From contig CACLWL010000005.1 in assembly GCA_902610655.1 (NCBI GenBank), positions 10,121-74,120 of the forward strand: DNA of 64,000 bases, read 5' to 3'. The first letter of the stretch is position 1. Each line of letters opens with the position of its first letter. A program made the position numbers and the translations under genes. The notes under the pieces were generated by a model. The model was not told the origin of the DNA, did not search any database, and was given only the letters and a program-made list of their open reading frames with translations. Shown one piece after another: positions 40,887 through 52,981 of this stretch. The stretch comes from an uncultured Pelagibacteraceae bacterium. Lineage in GTDB: Bacteria; Pseudomonadota; Alphaproteobacteria; Pelagibacterales; Pelagibacteraceae.

Positions 40887-41414
40887 TTGAGAAAAAAATT
40901 ACATAATAAAATTGGAATTCTAGGAGGTAGTTTTGATCCTGCTCATTTAGGCCATATTAAAATTTCAAAAGAAGCAAAAAAAAAATTTAAATTAAATAAA
41001 GTTTTTTGGGTTATAACAAAAAGAAATCCTTTTAAAAAAAAATGCTTTTATACCTTACGTAGGAGGATAGCTCTATCGAAAAAACTAATTTTAAGAAATA
41101 AATTTATAGAAGTCGTTTATATTGAAAATAAATGCAAATCTAACAGAACGTATAAGTACATTAAATACCTTTGTAAAAAAAATCAAAATACAGATTTTTA
41201 TTTTATCATGGGAGCTGATAACCTAGTAAGCTTCCATAAATGGAGAAACTGGCAAGAAATTCCAAAAATTTGTCAAATACTAGTCTTTGATAGAGATAAT
41301 TTTAAATCAGAATGTCTTAAATCTATAGCATATAAGAAGATCAGTAAAAAAAGATTGAAATTTATTAAATTCAAAAAAGTTAATATTTCATCTTCTCAAT
41401 TAAGAAAAATTTGA
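40887..41414 (+). CDS. nadD: Nicotinate-nucleotide adenylyltransferase
   Basis: GGSFDPAHLGH, MGADN..FH.W, ISSS; TTG start. Confidence 0.92.
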   Translation: MRKKLHNKIGILGGSFDPAHLGHIKISKEAKKKFKLNKVFWVITKRNPFKKKCFYTLRRRIALSKKLILRNKFIEVVYIENKCKSNRTYKYIKYLCKKNQNTDFYFIMGADNLVSFHKWRNWQEIPKICQILVFDRDNFKSECLKSIAYKKISKKRLKFIKFKKVNISSSQLRKI

Positions 41415-41432
41415 TAGTCTGATTGATAATTA

Positions 41433-41783
41433 ATGGATAAAATCTCAAATCTAAAATCATTAATTCTTAAAACACTAGATACTAACAAAGCGTTAGATGT
41501 AATAAGTATTGATCTAAAAAATAAAAGCTCAATTGCTGATTACATGATTATAGCAAGTGGAACTTCATCTAGACATATACAGGCTTTGTCAGAACAAGTT
41601 GTCGAAGAAATAAAAATGAGTGGAATAAAAAATTGTAAAATTGAAGGAAATGAGAGTAGTGATTGGAAGCTTATAGATGGAATTGATATAATAATTCATA
41701 TATTTAACCCAGAGAAAAGAAAATTTTATGAATTAGAAAAAATGTGGTCAGAACTAATTCCAAAAGAAAAATTAATTATATGA
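41433..41783 (+). CDS. rsfS: Ribosome silencing factor RsfS
   Basis: KA.D, DYMIIASG.S.RH, W.LID, R.FY.LEKMW. Confidence 0.93.
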   Translation: MDKISNLKSLILKTLDTNKALDVISIDLKNKSSIADYMIIASGTSSRHIQALSEQVVEEIKMSGIKNCKIEGNESSDWKLIDGIDIIIHIFNPEKRKFYELEKMWSELIPKEKLII

Positions 41784-42925
41784 AATTATTTAAACTCATC
41801 AATATATTTATCTTTATATTAATTGTTCTATCAAAACCCTCATATCCAGCAAATGATGAAACTACAATTTATGAAAAAATAGATATTTTTAGTGATGTTC
41901 TAGATAAAATAAATAAAGAATACGTAGATGAGATTAATCAAAATGAAGTAATGGATGCAGCAATAAACGGAGTACTTCAATCCTTAGATCCTTATTCTGC
42001 TTATATGTCTCCAGAGACTTTTGAAAGTATGAGGACAGAAACTAGTGGAGAATTTGGTGGTTTAGGTATTGAGGTAAGCATGGAAGCAGGTGTTGTTAAA
42101 GTAATATCACCTCTCGATGAGTCGCCTGCATATGAAGCAGGGGTTAAAGCGGGAGACTATATTGTAAAGATTAATAATCACCAAGTCCAAGGTAAAACAT
42201 TAAGTCAAGCAGTTGACCTGATGAGAGGTCCTGTCGGTTCAGATATTGAAATTACTGTTCGAAGAAGAGGAGAAAGAAAAGCCTTAGTTTTTAATATAAC
42301 TAGAAAAATAATTAAAATTCAATCCGTAAAATCTGAAAAGATAGATAACAATATTGGATATATAAGATTAACAGCATTTAATGAAAATAGCAGTGCACAG
42401 GTAAAAAAAAAAATTAGAGAGTTTGATAAAGACAAGAAGATAAATGGATATATATTAGATTTACGAAATAATCCTGGAGGACTATTATCTCAGGCTATTA
42501 AAATTTCGGACTTCTTCCTTTCAGATGGTGAGATTGTTTCAACAAAGTCAAGGAAAGAAAATGAAAACAGAAAATGGTTTGCTAATACTGGAGATATACT
42601 AAACGGAAAAACCTTAGTTGTATTAATTAATAATGGTTCAGCTTCAGCTTCTGAAATATTAGCTGGTGCCTTAAAAGATCATAAAAGAGCAATACTTGTT
42701 GGGGAAACTACTTATGGTAAGGGCTCTGTACAATCAATTATTCCACTAAAAAATAATGGAGCTATACGATTAACTATTTCAAAGTATTATCTACCTTCAG
42801 GTGTTTCGATTTCTGAAGTTGGGGTTGATCCCGATATTGAAATATCGGAAGATTCTGATGAATTTAGAATTAATACTGAAAGTGATAATCAATTAGATTT
42901 TGCCGTAAAACTTTTAAACGGATAA
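41780..42925 (+). CDS. ctpA: Carboxy-terminal processing protease (S41A)
   Basis: LDP.S, GGLGIE PDZ, DLRNNPGG, SASASEI, GKGSVQ; ATG at 41780 gives an ATGA overlap with rsfS. Confidence 0.93.
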   Translation: MKLFKLINIFIFILIVLSKPSYPANDETTIYEKIDIFSDVLDKINKEYVDEINQNEVMDAAINGVLQSLDPYSAYMSPETFESMRTETSGEFGGLGIEVSMEAGVVKVISPLDESPAYEAGVKAGDYIVKINNHQVQGKTLSQAVDLMRGPVGSDIEITVRRRGERKALVFNITRKIIKIQSVKSEKIDNNIGYIRLTAFNENSSAQVKKKIREFDKDKKINGYILDLRNNPGGLLSQAIKISDFFLSDGEIVSTKSRKENENRKWFANTGDILNGKTLVVLINNGSASASEILAGALKDHKRAILVGETTYGKGSVQSIIPLKNNGAIRLTISKYYLPSGVSISEVGVDPDIEISEDSDEFRINTESDNQLDFAVKLLNG

Positions 42926-42926
42926 G

Positions 42927-43406
42927 ATGGAAATAGATCTTCAAAAATTGCCTCTCAGAGATGGTGTAGGAATTGTAGTTTTAAACTCAAGAAATAAAGT
43001 ATTAGTAGCTAAACGAATTGATAATCCTAAAAATTTTTGGCAAATGCCCCAGGGCGGAAAAGATGAAAATGAAAATTATTTTGAGGCAGCAATAAGAGAA
43101 CTTAAAGAGGAAACAAGTATTACGAGTGTTACATTAATCAGAGAGATAGATGATTTTATTACTTACTTACTTCCAAAGCGTCTTTTAGGTATAATTTGGA
43201 GAGGAAAGTTTAAGGGTCAAAAACAAAAATGGTTTATAATGAAATTTAATGGCTCAGACGAGGAAATAAACATAAATACTGCTAAACCAGAATTCCTTGA
43301 ATGGAAATGGATAGATATTGATCAATTAAATGATGCAGTAGTAGATTTTAAAAAAGAAGTTTATCAAAAAGTTACTAGGGAGATTAGAAAGGTTGTTCCT
43401 AATTAG
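42927..43406 (+). CDS. rppH: RNA pyrophosphohydrolase (Nudix)
   Basis: WQMPQGG, RELKEET Nudix box, GQKQKWF, PEF..W.W, V.FK..VY. Confidence 0.93.
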   Translation: MEIDLQKLPLRDGVGIVVLNSRNKVLVAKRIDNPKNFWQMPQGGKDENENYFEAAIRELKEETSITSVTLIREIDDFITYLLPKRLLGIIWRGKFKGQKQKWFIMKFNGSDEEININTAKPEFLEWKWIDIDQLNDAVVDFKKEVYQKVTREIRKVVPN

Positions 43407-43796
43407 AGTTTATAGACTTTAAAACATCAATCTTTTGTGAAATTAAAAATCTACTCTGATCATCTAAATCATCTTTACCTAAGAGTTTTTCAGTTTCACT
43501 TAAAGATTGAGAAATATAATTTTTGTCTATTTTATCTAAACTAAATATTGAACTTGTCAAAACAGACAAGGTATTTTCTTTAAACTCTATTATGCCATCC
43601 TCTACGTAGTATTTATCCTCGCCACTCTTTGAAAAAACTTTGAGTATTCCGGGTTTTAAAAATGAAATGATAGAAATATGATCTTTAAGTATACCCATCT
43701 CCCCTTCGAAAGCAGGCACAACAACCTCTGAAACATCCTCTTTATTTAGAAATGATTTTTCAGGATTAACTATTTCTAAATTAAATTCTTCACTCA

Positions 43797-43797
<1 letters not shown>
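43399..43797 (-). CDS. atpC: ATP synthase F1 epsilon subunit
   Basis: LEIV.PE, P..EG.MGIL..H, L.PG; last gene of atpHAGDC. Confidence 0.92.
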
Positions 43798-46090
<2,293 letters not shown>

Positions 46091-46096
46091 TTGCTT

Positions 46097-47629
46097 TTAT
46101 TTAAAACCTTTCTTAAATTCATTAATTAGTTCAATTAACATTTTTTCAGTATCTTCTTCTAGTTTACCTGCACTTGAAATAGACTCTAAAATTTCTGGTT
46201 TATCATTTTTACATTTTTGCAAAATTTTATTTTCAAAATCAGAAATATCTTTTTGATCAACATCGTCAAGATATCCCCTTACTCCACAAAATACTGAAAT
46301 AACTTGTTCAGCAACTGTCATTGGAGAAAATTGTTTTTGTTTTAAAAGCTCAGTCAACTTCGAACCTCTGTTTAGCAGCTTTTGAGTTGAAGCGTCAAGA
46401 TCAGATCCAAATTGAGCAAAAGCTGCCATTTCTCTGTATTGAGCCAGTTCTAACTTCATTGATCCTGAAACCTTTTTCATTGCTTTTGTTTGTGCAGCGG
46501 ATCCAACTCTTGAAACTGAAAGACCAACGTTAATTGCGGGTCTAATTCCTTGATTAAATAAATTTGTTTCTAAAAATATTTGTCCATCTGTAATAGATAT
46601 AACATTTGTTGGTATGTAAGCAGAAACATCTCCAGCTTGTGTTTCAATTATTGGTAATGCCGTCAAAGAACCTCCACCATGCTCATCTCCAAGTTTAGCA
46701 GCTCTTTCTAGTAATCTGCTATGAAGGTAAAATACATCACCAGGATAGGCCTCTCTTCCAGGAGGTCTTCTCAACAATAAAGACATTTGTCTATAGGCGA
46801 CGGCTTGCTTAGATAAATCATCATAAATTATTAAAGCATGCATACCGTTGTCTCTGAAAAATTCCCCCATTGTACAACCGGTATATGGGGCTAAAAACTG
46901 CAATGGAGCTGCATCTGAAGCTGTTGCAGCAACAATAGTTGTATATTCCATTGCTCCGGCTTCTTCTAATGTCTTTTGAATTTGTCTTACTGTTGATCTT
47001 TTTTGTCCTATTGCAACATAAATGCAATATAACTTTTGCTTTTCATCTCCACTCTCATTAATTTTTTTTTGATTAATTATTGTATCAACTGCAACCGCAG
47101 TTTTACCTGTTTGTCTATCGCCTATAATCAACTCTCGTTGCCCTCTTCCAATAGGAACTAAACTATCAATTGCTTTTAAACCTGATTGCATCGGCTCGCT
47201 TACAGATTTTCTTGGAATAATTCCTGGCGCTTTTACTTCAACTCTGCTCTTTTTAATATTTTTATCCAAAGCACCTTTGCCATCAATAGGATTCCCTAAA
47301 CCGTCAACAACTCTACCTAATAATTCCTTTCCAATTGGAGTATCTACTATTTCACCAGTTCTTTTTACAGTGTCTCCCTCTTTAATTGCTCTGTCATCTC
47401 CAAATATTACAACACCTACGTTTTCACTTTCTAAGTTTAAAGCCATACCTTTAGAGCCATCAGAAAACTCGACCATTTCACCAGCTTGAACGTTATCTAA
47501 TCCGTACACTCTAGCTATACCATCTCCAACAGATAAAACTTGTCCTACCTCAGTAATTTCAGCCTTATCACCGAATTTCTTTATTTGCTCTTTTAATATT
47601 TTTGTAACTTCTGAAGGATTTATTTCCAT
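46097..47629 (-). CDS. atpA: ATP synthase F1 alpha subunit
   Basis: [34 protein letters not shown]. Confidence 0.99.
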   Translation of the reverse strand: MEINPSEVTKILKEQIKKFGDKAEITEVGQVLSVGDGIARVYGLDNVQAGEMVEFSDGSKGMALNLESENVGVVIFGDDRAIKEGDTVKRTGEIVDTPIGKELLGRVVDGLGNPIDGKGALDKNIKKSRVEVKAPGIIPRKSVSEPMQSGLKAIDSLVPIGRGQRELIIGDRQTGKTAVAVDTIINQKKINESGDEKQKLYCIYVAIGQKRSTVRQIQKTLEEAGAMEYTTIVAATASDAAPLQFLAPYTGCTMGEFFRDNGMHALIIYDDLSKQAVAYRQMSLLLRRPPGREAYPGDVFYLHSRLLERAAKLGDEHGGGSLTALPIIETQAGDVSAYIPTNVISITDGQIFLETNLFNQGIRPAINVGLSVSRVGSAAQTKAMKKVSGSMKLELAQYREMAAFAQFGSDLDASTQKLLNRGSKLTELLKQKQFSPMTVAEQVISVFCGVRGYLDDVDQKDISDFENKILQKCKNDKPEILESISSAGKLEEDTEKMLIELINEFKKGFK

Positions 47630-48187
47630 TTATGCCTCTATCATTTGTTTTTCAATTTTTTGTAATTTATTTTTAATTGATGTATCAATCATGGTACTTC
47701 CAACTTGTAGGATCAAACCACCAACTAAACTTTTATCATTTTTATAGCTTAGTCTTATTTTTGAGTTAAAGGAATTTGATAAATCTTTTTTTACGTTTTC
47801 TATATCGTTTTCACTTAATTCCTTTGCAGATATTAACTCGGCTTTAATTTCACCTCTTTTTTTGGAACAAGTTTCAATAAATTCTTTTAGAATTCTATCA
47901 ACGTAAAAAAATCTTCTTTTATTTACAAGAAATAAGAGAAATCTTTTAAATAATTCATTTATATTGGTCTTTTCAGATATTATGTTTATTAATTTTTCCA
48001 ACTCACTTTTATTTATTGTTGGACTTTTAATGCAAAATTTCAAATCTTCACTTTTAGATATCAAATCAAACATTGTTAAAGCTTGATTTTCTATATCCTT
48101 CACAAGACTCGACTCATCCGCTAGTTCATAAAGAGCCAGAGAATATCTGCTAAATGTAACCTCAGAGAGACTGTCTTTTTTACTCAA
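47630..48187 (-). CDS. atpH: ATP synthase F1 delta subunit
   Basis: RY..AL, SP, L.GG.I..VG..MID.S; TTG start. Confidence 0.92.
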   Translation of the reverse strand: MSKKDSLSEVTFSRYSLALYELADESSLVKDIENQALTMFDLISKSEDLKFCIKSPTINKSELEKLINIISEKTNINELFKRFLLFLVNKRRFFYVDRILKEFIETCSKKRGEIKAELISAKELSENDIENVKKDLSNSFNSKIRLSYKNDKSLVGGLILQVGSTMIDTSIKNKLQKIEKQMIEA

Positions 48188-48296
48188 TTTAGATCCTTAT
48201 ATGAATTGACAAGTTTATAAAATTCGAAAATTAATTAACATATGCAACTATTGTCTTCAAGTATCTCGTTGTCTAAATAGGTTGATATTTTGTTGA

Positions 48297-50252
48297 TTAA
48301 TTGAAGTTTATTGGATCAACATCAACTGTCAGTTTTATTCCATTTAAAAACTTAAAATTTGATATTAAAAAAGCCAATTTTTTTTGAATATTTAAATTTT
48401 TTTTTGATCTTATTAATAGCCTTACTCTAAATTTTTTTCGAATACGAAATATAGGTGAATTTACAGGTCCTAATACTTTTCCATCTAAAATTTTCTCTAT
48501 ATAAATTTTAAATCTATTTGCTTCTTGTTCAGTTTTTTTTTCATTAAGACCTGTAATTATTAATGAAATGAATCTCTGAAAAGGAGGAAGTCCATTTAAT
48601 TTTCTTAACTCAAGTTCTTTTTCTAAAAAAATTTCTGGATTATCATTTGTTATATCTGTAATCATGTTTTTATTTAAGTTGTAAGTTTGAAAATATACTG
48701 TGGCTGGTTTGCCAGCTCTACCTGCTCTTCCAGAAAGTTGATGATAAAGTTGTAGATTCTTTTCAGTTCCTCTCAAGTCATGTCCTTGTGAATTTAGATC
48801 TATATCAACAACGACAATACAGTTTAAATGTGGAAAATGAAAACCTTTGGAAATTAGCTGTGTTCCAACTAAAATTTGAATATTGTTATCAACTATCTGT
48901 TTTAATAAATCTTTTGAATTTTTTTTATTCATTGTATCGCTTGAAAAAATTAGTTGATTTTTTGTAGGAAATTTTTTTTTAACTTCTTCAGCAATTCTTT
49001 CCACTCCTGGACCATAAAAAACTAAATCACAACTTTTATTATCTTTACATTCAGTTTTGATTTTTGATTTATACCCACAATAATGACATAATAGAATTTC
49101 TTTAGTTTTATGATAAACCATATTGATAGAACAATTTGGACAAGAAAAAATTTTTAAACATTTTTTACAAAAAACATTTGGAGAAAAACCTCTGCGGTTA
49201 ACAAAAAATAATATTTGATCATTTTTAGACAAATGTAATTTTACTTTTTCAATTATCTCTTTAGATAACCAGGAGTTAGGTTCTAACTTAGTTTTATTTA
49301 AATTAATTATTTCATAATTAGGCAAAGACGCTTTCCTAAATCTTTCAGATATTTTTGACACTGAAAATTTTCCCTTTTTAATATTATTAAAAGTTTCTAA
49401 TGAAGGAATGGATGTTACTAAATTAATTGGAAAATTTTCAAAGTACGCTCTTGATATAGACATATCTCTAGCATTATAAATTACACCTTCGTCCTGTTTA
49501 AATGATTGGTCATGTTCCTCGTCTACAACTATAAGCCCTAAATTCTTAAACGGAAGAAATAATGACGACCTCGCTCCAATTACCACTTTTAATTTATTAT
49601 TTACGACTCCACTCCAAATAATTTTTCTTTTTCTTGGAGTTATTCCAGAATGCCAAACCGCAGGGTTAAAACCAAAAAACTCGGTAAATTTTTTTTCAAA
49701 TTGAGAAATTAACCCTATTTCAGGTAATAAAATTAAACATTGTTTCGATCTTTCAAGAATTTTTTTAATTGCATGGAAATAAACAATAGTTTTACCGGAT
49801 CCAGTTACGCCTTGAACAACATGCACTCGAAATTCATTACTTTTTTTTTCTAGCTTTTTTAGACTTTCTTCTTGCGATTTAGTTAACTCAAATTCTTTTT
49901 TTTTGTGATGATTAGAAAAGTTTTCTAATTCATCTTCTGGAAATTTCTCTAGAATATCATTGCTTGATAAACTTAATTTTAGCGCCATACCTTTTGGAAT
50001 GATATTATATTCAGAGAACCAATTAATGAATTTTATCATTTTTTTATTTAAATTCGGTAAATTGAGTTTTTTTATTACTTTTTTTGTTTTAAACTTTTTA
50101 AATTGGTTTTTTTCGAAATCATCCCAAACTACTCCGACTGTTTTTGAGTTTCCAAAAGGAACCTCTACATAGTCGCCTAATTTTAGTTTAAGACTGGTTT
50201 CATAAGTAAATGGGTGATTGAATACTTTCGGCAAAAGAATCGGAACCTTCAT
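48297..50252 (-). CDS. priA: Replication restart helicase PriA
   Basis: VPFG, GVTGSGKT, PEI.L, GARS, DEEH, NRRG, Cys-rich Zn region, GRAGR, DVDP. Confidence 0.95.
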   Translation of the reverse strand: MKVPILLPKVFNHPFTYETSLKLKLGDYVEVPFGNSKTVGVVWDDFEKNQFKKFKTKKVIKKLNLPNLNKKMIKFINWFSEYNIIPKGMALKLSLSSNDILEKFPEDELENFSNHHKKKEFELTKSQEESLKKLEKKSNEFRVHVVQGVTGSGKTIVYFHAIKKILERSKQCLILLPEIGLISQFEKKFTEFFGFNPAVWHSGITPRKRKIIWSGVVNNKLKVVIGARSSLFLPFKNLGLIVVDEEHDQSFKQDEGVIYNARDMSISRAYFENFPINLVTSIPSLETFNNIKKGKFSVSKISERFRKASLPNYEIINLNKTKLEPNSWLSKEIIEKVKLHLSKNDQILFFVNRRGFSPNVFCKKCLKIFSCPNCSINMVYHKTKEILLCHYCGYKSKIKTECKDNKSCDLVFYGPGVERIAEEVKKKFPTKNQLIFSSDTMNKKNSKDLLKQIVDNNIQILVGTQLISKGFHFPHLNCIVVVDIDLNSQGHDLRGTEKNLQLYHQLSGRAGRAGKPATVYFQTYNLNKNMITDITNDNPEIFLEKELELRKLNGLPPFQRFISLIITGLNEKKTEQEANRFKIYIEKILDGKVLGPVNSPIFRIRKKFRVRLLIRSKKNLNIQKKLAFLISNFKFLNGIKLTVDVDPINFN

Positions 50253-50273
50253 TAAAGTATATTATGTATTTTT

Positions 50274-51674
50274 TTAAGAGTGTATTGCTCTTTTTTCAAC
50301 AGATAACGCTGCTTCTTTGATTGCTTCTGAAAATGTAGGATGAGCATGGCAAGTCCTTGCTATATCTTCTGAGCTTGCCCCAAATTCCATAGCAACAGCC
50401 ATTTCTGCAATCATTTCTCCAACGTGCGATCCAATCATGTGAACACCTAGTACTTTATCAGTCTTTTCATCTGCTAATATTTTTACAAAACCTTCTGCAT
50501 TATTTACAGTTTTCGCTCTTGAATTAGCCATAAAAGGAAATTTGCCAATTTTATATTTTATATTATCATCTTGTAATTGCTCTTCAGTTTTTCCGATTAC
50601 AGCAACCTCAGGAGATGTATAGATTACTCCAGGAATTAAGTCATAATTTACATGTCCTGATTGTCCAGCTATCAATTCTGCAACCGCTATACCTTCTTCT
50701 TCTGCCTTGTGTGCTAACATTGGACCTGAGATTACATCACCTATTGCAAAAACATTTTTTACGCTAGTTCTGAATTCTTTATTAACTTTAATTCTTTTTT
50801 TATTATCTAAACTCACACCAATTTTTTCCAAATTAAGATTTTTTGTATTTGCTTTTCTACCAACAGAAATTAAAATAACATCTGCAATTAATTCACTGCT
50901 TTTGCCAGTTTTATCTTGAATTAAAACCTTCGCAGAACTTTTTTCATTTTTAATATTTTGTACTTTTGTCTCAAGGTGAAAAATAATTCCCTGTTTTTTT
51001 AAAATTTTTAAAAACTCAGAAGAAATTTCTTTGTCCATTCCTGGTGTAATATGGTTTAATGCTTCGACTACATGTACTTCCGAGCCCAACCTTGACCATA
51101 CAGACCCCATTTCAAGACCAATATACCCACCGCCTACTATGAGCATTTTTTTTGGAACTTTTTTAAGATCAAGTGCTCCAGATGAAGACAAAATAATTTT
51201 TTCATCAAACTTAATTCCAGGAAGCTCAACTGGTATTGAACCTGTAGAAATAATTATATTATCTGTTTTTAAAGAAATTTTTTTATTATCTTTTGTGGTT
51301 ACTAAAACTTCATTTGCAGTTGCTATAGAGCCAGTTCCATTGAAATGAGAAACTTTATTTTTTTTAAACAAAAATTCGACCCCTTTTGTAAGAATAGAGA
51401 CCGATTTTTCTTTATTTTTCATCATCTTTTCTAAATTTAATTTTACCTCACCTACTTCAATTCCTAGATTTTGGAATTTTTTTGCTTTTTGAAAATTTTC
51501 TGACAAGTTCAGTAGGCTTTTTGAGGGTATACATCCCACATTAAGACAGGTACCACCAAGTGTATTTCGAGATTCAACGCAAGCTGTTTTAAAACCTAAT
51601 TGAGATAATCTTATTGCACACACATAGCCACCAGGGCCACCACCAATTACTACCGCTTGAAATTTTTCAGACAT
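50274..51674 (-). CDS. lpdA: Dihydrolipoyl dehydrogenase
   Basis: GGGPGGY, GGTCLNVGCIPSK, HAHPT.SE. Confidence 0.97.
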   Translation of the reverse strand: MSEKFQAVVIGGGPGGYVCAIRLSQLGFKTACVESRNTLGGTCLNVGCIPSKSLLNLSENFQKAKKFQNLGIEVGEVKLNLEKMMKNKEKSVSILTKGVEFLFKKNKVSHFNGTGSIATANEVLVTTKDNKKISLKTDNIIISTGSIPVELPGIKFDEKIILSSSGALDLKKVPKKMLIVGGGYIGLEMGSVWSRLGSEVHVVEALNHITPGMDKEISSEFLKILKKQGIIFHLETKVQNIKNEKSSAKVLIQDKTGKSSELIADVILISVGRKANTKNLNLEKIGVSLDNKKRIKVNKEFRTSVKNVFAIGDVISGPMLAHKAEEEGIAVAELIAGQSGHVNYDLIPGVIYTSPEVAVIGKTEEQLQDDNIKYKIGKFPFMANSRAKTVNNAEGFVKILADEKTDKVLGVHMIGSHVGEMIAEMAVAMEFGASSEDIARTCHAHPTFSEAIKEAALSVEKRAIHS

Positions 51675-52981
51675 TAAATTTCTAAAAATAATTTTTCTGG
51701 ACTCTCTAATTTTTCTTTTATTAATTTTAAAAATGATACAGAGTCTTTACCATCGATTATTCTATGATCGTATGAAAGAGCTAAATACATAACAGGTCTA
51801 ACTTTAATTCCACCATCAACCACAACAGGTCTATCAACAATATTATGCATGCCTAGTACTCCTGACTGAGGCAAATTTAAAATTGGAGTAGAAAGCATTG
51901 AGCCATAAACACCACCATTGCTAATAGTAAATGTACCCCCTTGAAGATCTTCTATACTAAGCTTACCGTCTCTAGCTTTTTCGGAGATTGTTTTAATTTC
52001 ACTCTCAATTTGTGCAAAAGACATTTCGTCTGCATTTTTTAAAACAGGAACTACTAATCCTTTATCCGTAGCGACAGCAAAACTTATATTATAATAATTT
52101 TTATAGACTATTTCTTCGCCATCTATTTCAGCATTAACAGCTGGAAATAATTTGAGAGCTTCAATACTTGCTTTTACAAAAAAAGACATAAATCCAAGCT
52201 TAACACCATACTTTTTTACAAAATCATCCTGATAATCTTTTCTCATTTTAATAACATTTGCCATATCAACTTCGTTAAATGTTGTTAAAAGAGCAGCATT
52301 CTCTTGTGCTTGCTTGAGTCTTTTTGCGATTGTCTGTCTTAATCTACTCATTTTAATTCTTTCTTCTTGCCCAAATTTAATTTTTCTTTCTGAAGGTTTT
52401 GGAGATTTTGACATTAAATTTAATAAATCACCTTTAAGAACTTGACCATCTTTTCCTGATCCCTGTATTGATTTTATGTCTATTTTATTTTCTGCAACAA
52501 TTTTTCTAACTGATGGAGAAAGTTTATTTGACAAATTATTTTTTCTAGAACCATTACTAGGTATTTCCTCCGTAAGGACCAAAGGTTCTTCTTCTGAGGA
52601 TGCTTCATCTTCTATTGCTTCTTCTAATTGTAAAGGTTTTATTTCTTCTACAATCTTTTCAACTTCTTTTTTTGGCGGGTCCTTCACCTCTTCAATTTTA
52701 ACATCTGGTTCTATTTTTTCAATTTCTTGCACAGTTTCTTTACCATTAGCTTGGATTGACCCTAAGATAGCTCCAACTTCTACTACTTCTCCATCTTTAT
52801 GTTTGATGTCGCCGATTGTTCCACTAACAGGAGATGGTACCTCTAAATTTACTTTGTCTGTTTCTAGTTCTACAATAGGTTCATCAACTTCAACTGTATC
52901 ACCAACACTTTTTAACCACTTAGCAATTGTGGCCTCAGTTACACTTTCGCCTAAAGCAGGAACTACTATTTTTTCACTCAT
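51674..52981 (-). CDS. sucB: 2-oxoglutarate dehydrogenase E2 (dihydrolipoyl succinyltransferase)
   Basis: LGESVTEA, ETDKV lipoyl Lys, SPSVRK E3-binding domain, DHRIIDG. Confidence 0.97.
   Translation of the reverse strand: MSEKIVVPALGESVTEATIAKWLKSVGDTVEVDEPIVELETDKVNLEVPSPVSGTIGDIKHKDGEVVEVGAILGSIQANGKETVQEIEKIEPDVKIEEVKDPPKKEVEKIVEEIKPLQLEEAIEDEASSEEEPLVLTEEIPSNGSRKNNLSNKLSPSVRKIVAENKIDIKSIQGSGKDGQVLKGDLLNLMSKSPKPSERKIKFGQEERIKMSRLRQTIAKRLKQAQENAALLTTFNEVDMANVIKMRKDYQDDFVKKYGVKLGFMSFFVKASIEALKLFPAVNAEIDGEEIVYKNYYNISFAVATDKGLVVPVLKNADEMSFAQIESEIKTISEKARDGKLSIEDLQGGTFTISNGGVYGSMLSTPILNLPQSGVLGMHNIVDRPVVVDGGIKVRPVMYLALSYDHRIIDGKDSVSFLKLIKEKLESPEKLFLEI

Noticed and set aside
48188-48296. 109-bp spacer between priA and atpH as a possible ncRNA
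   Set aside because: No convincing stem or known motif; adequately explained as the atp promoter and leader.
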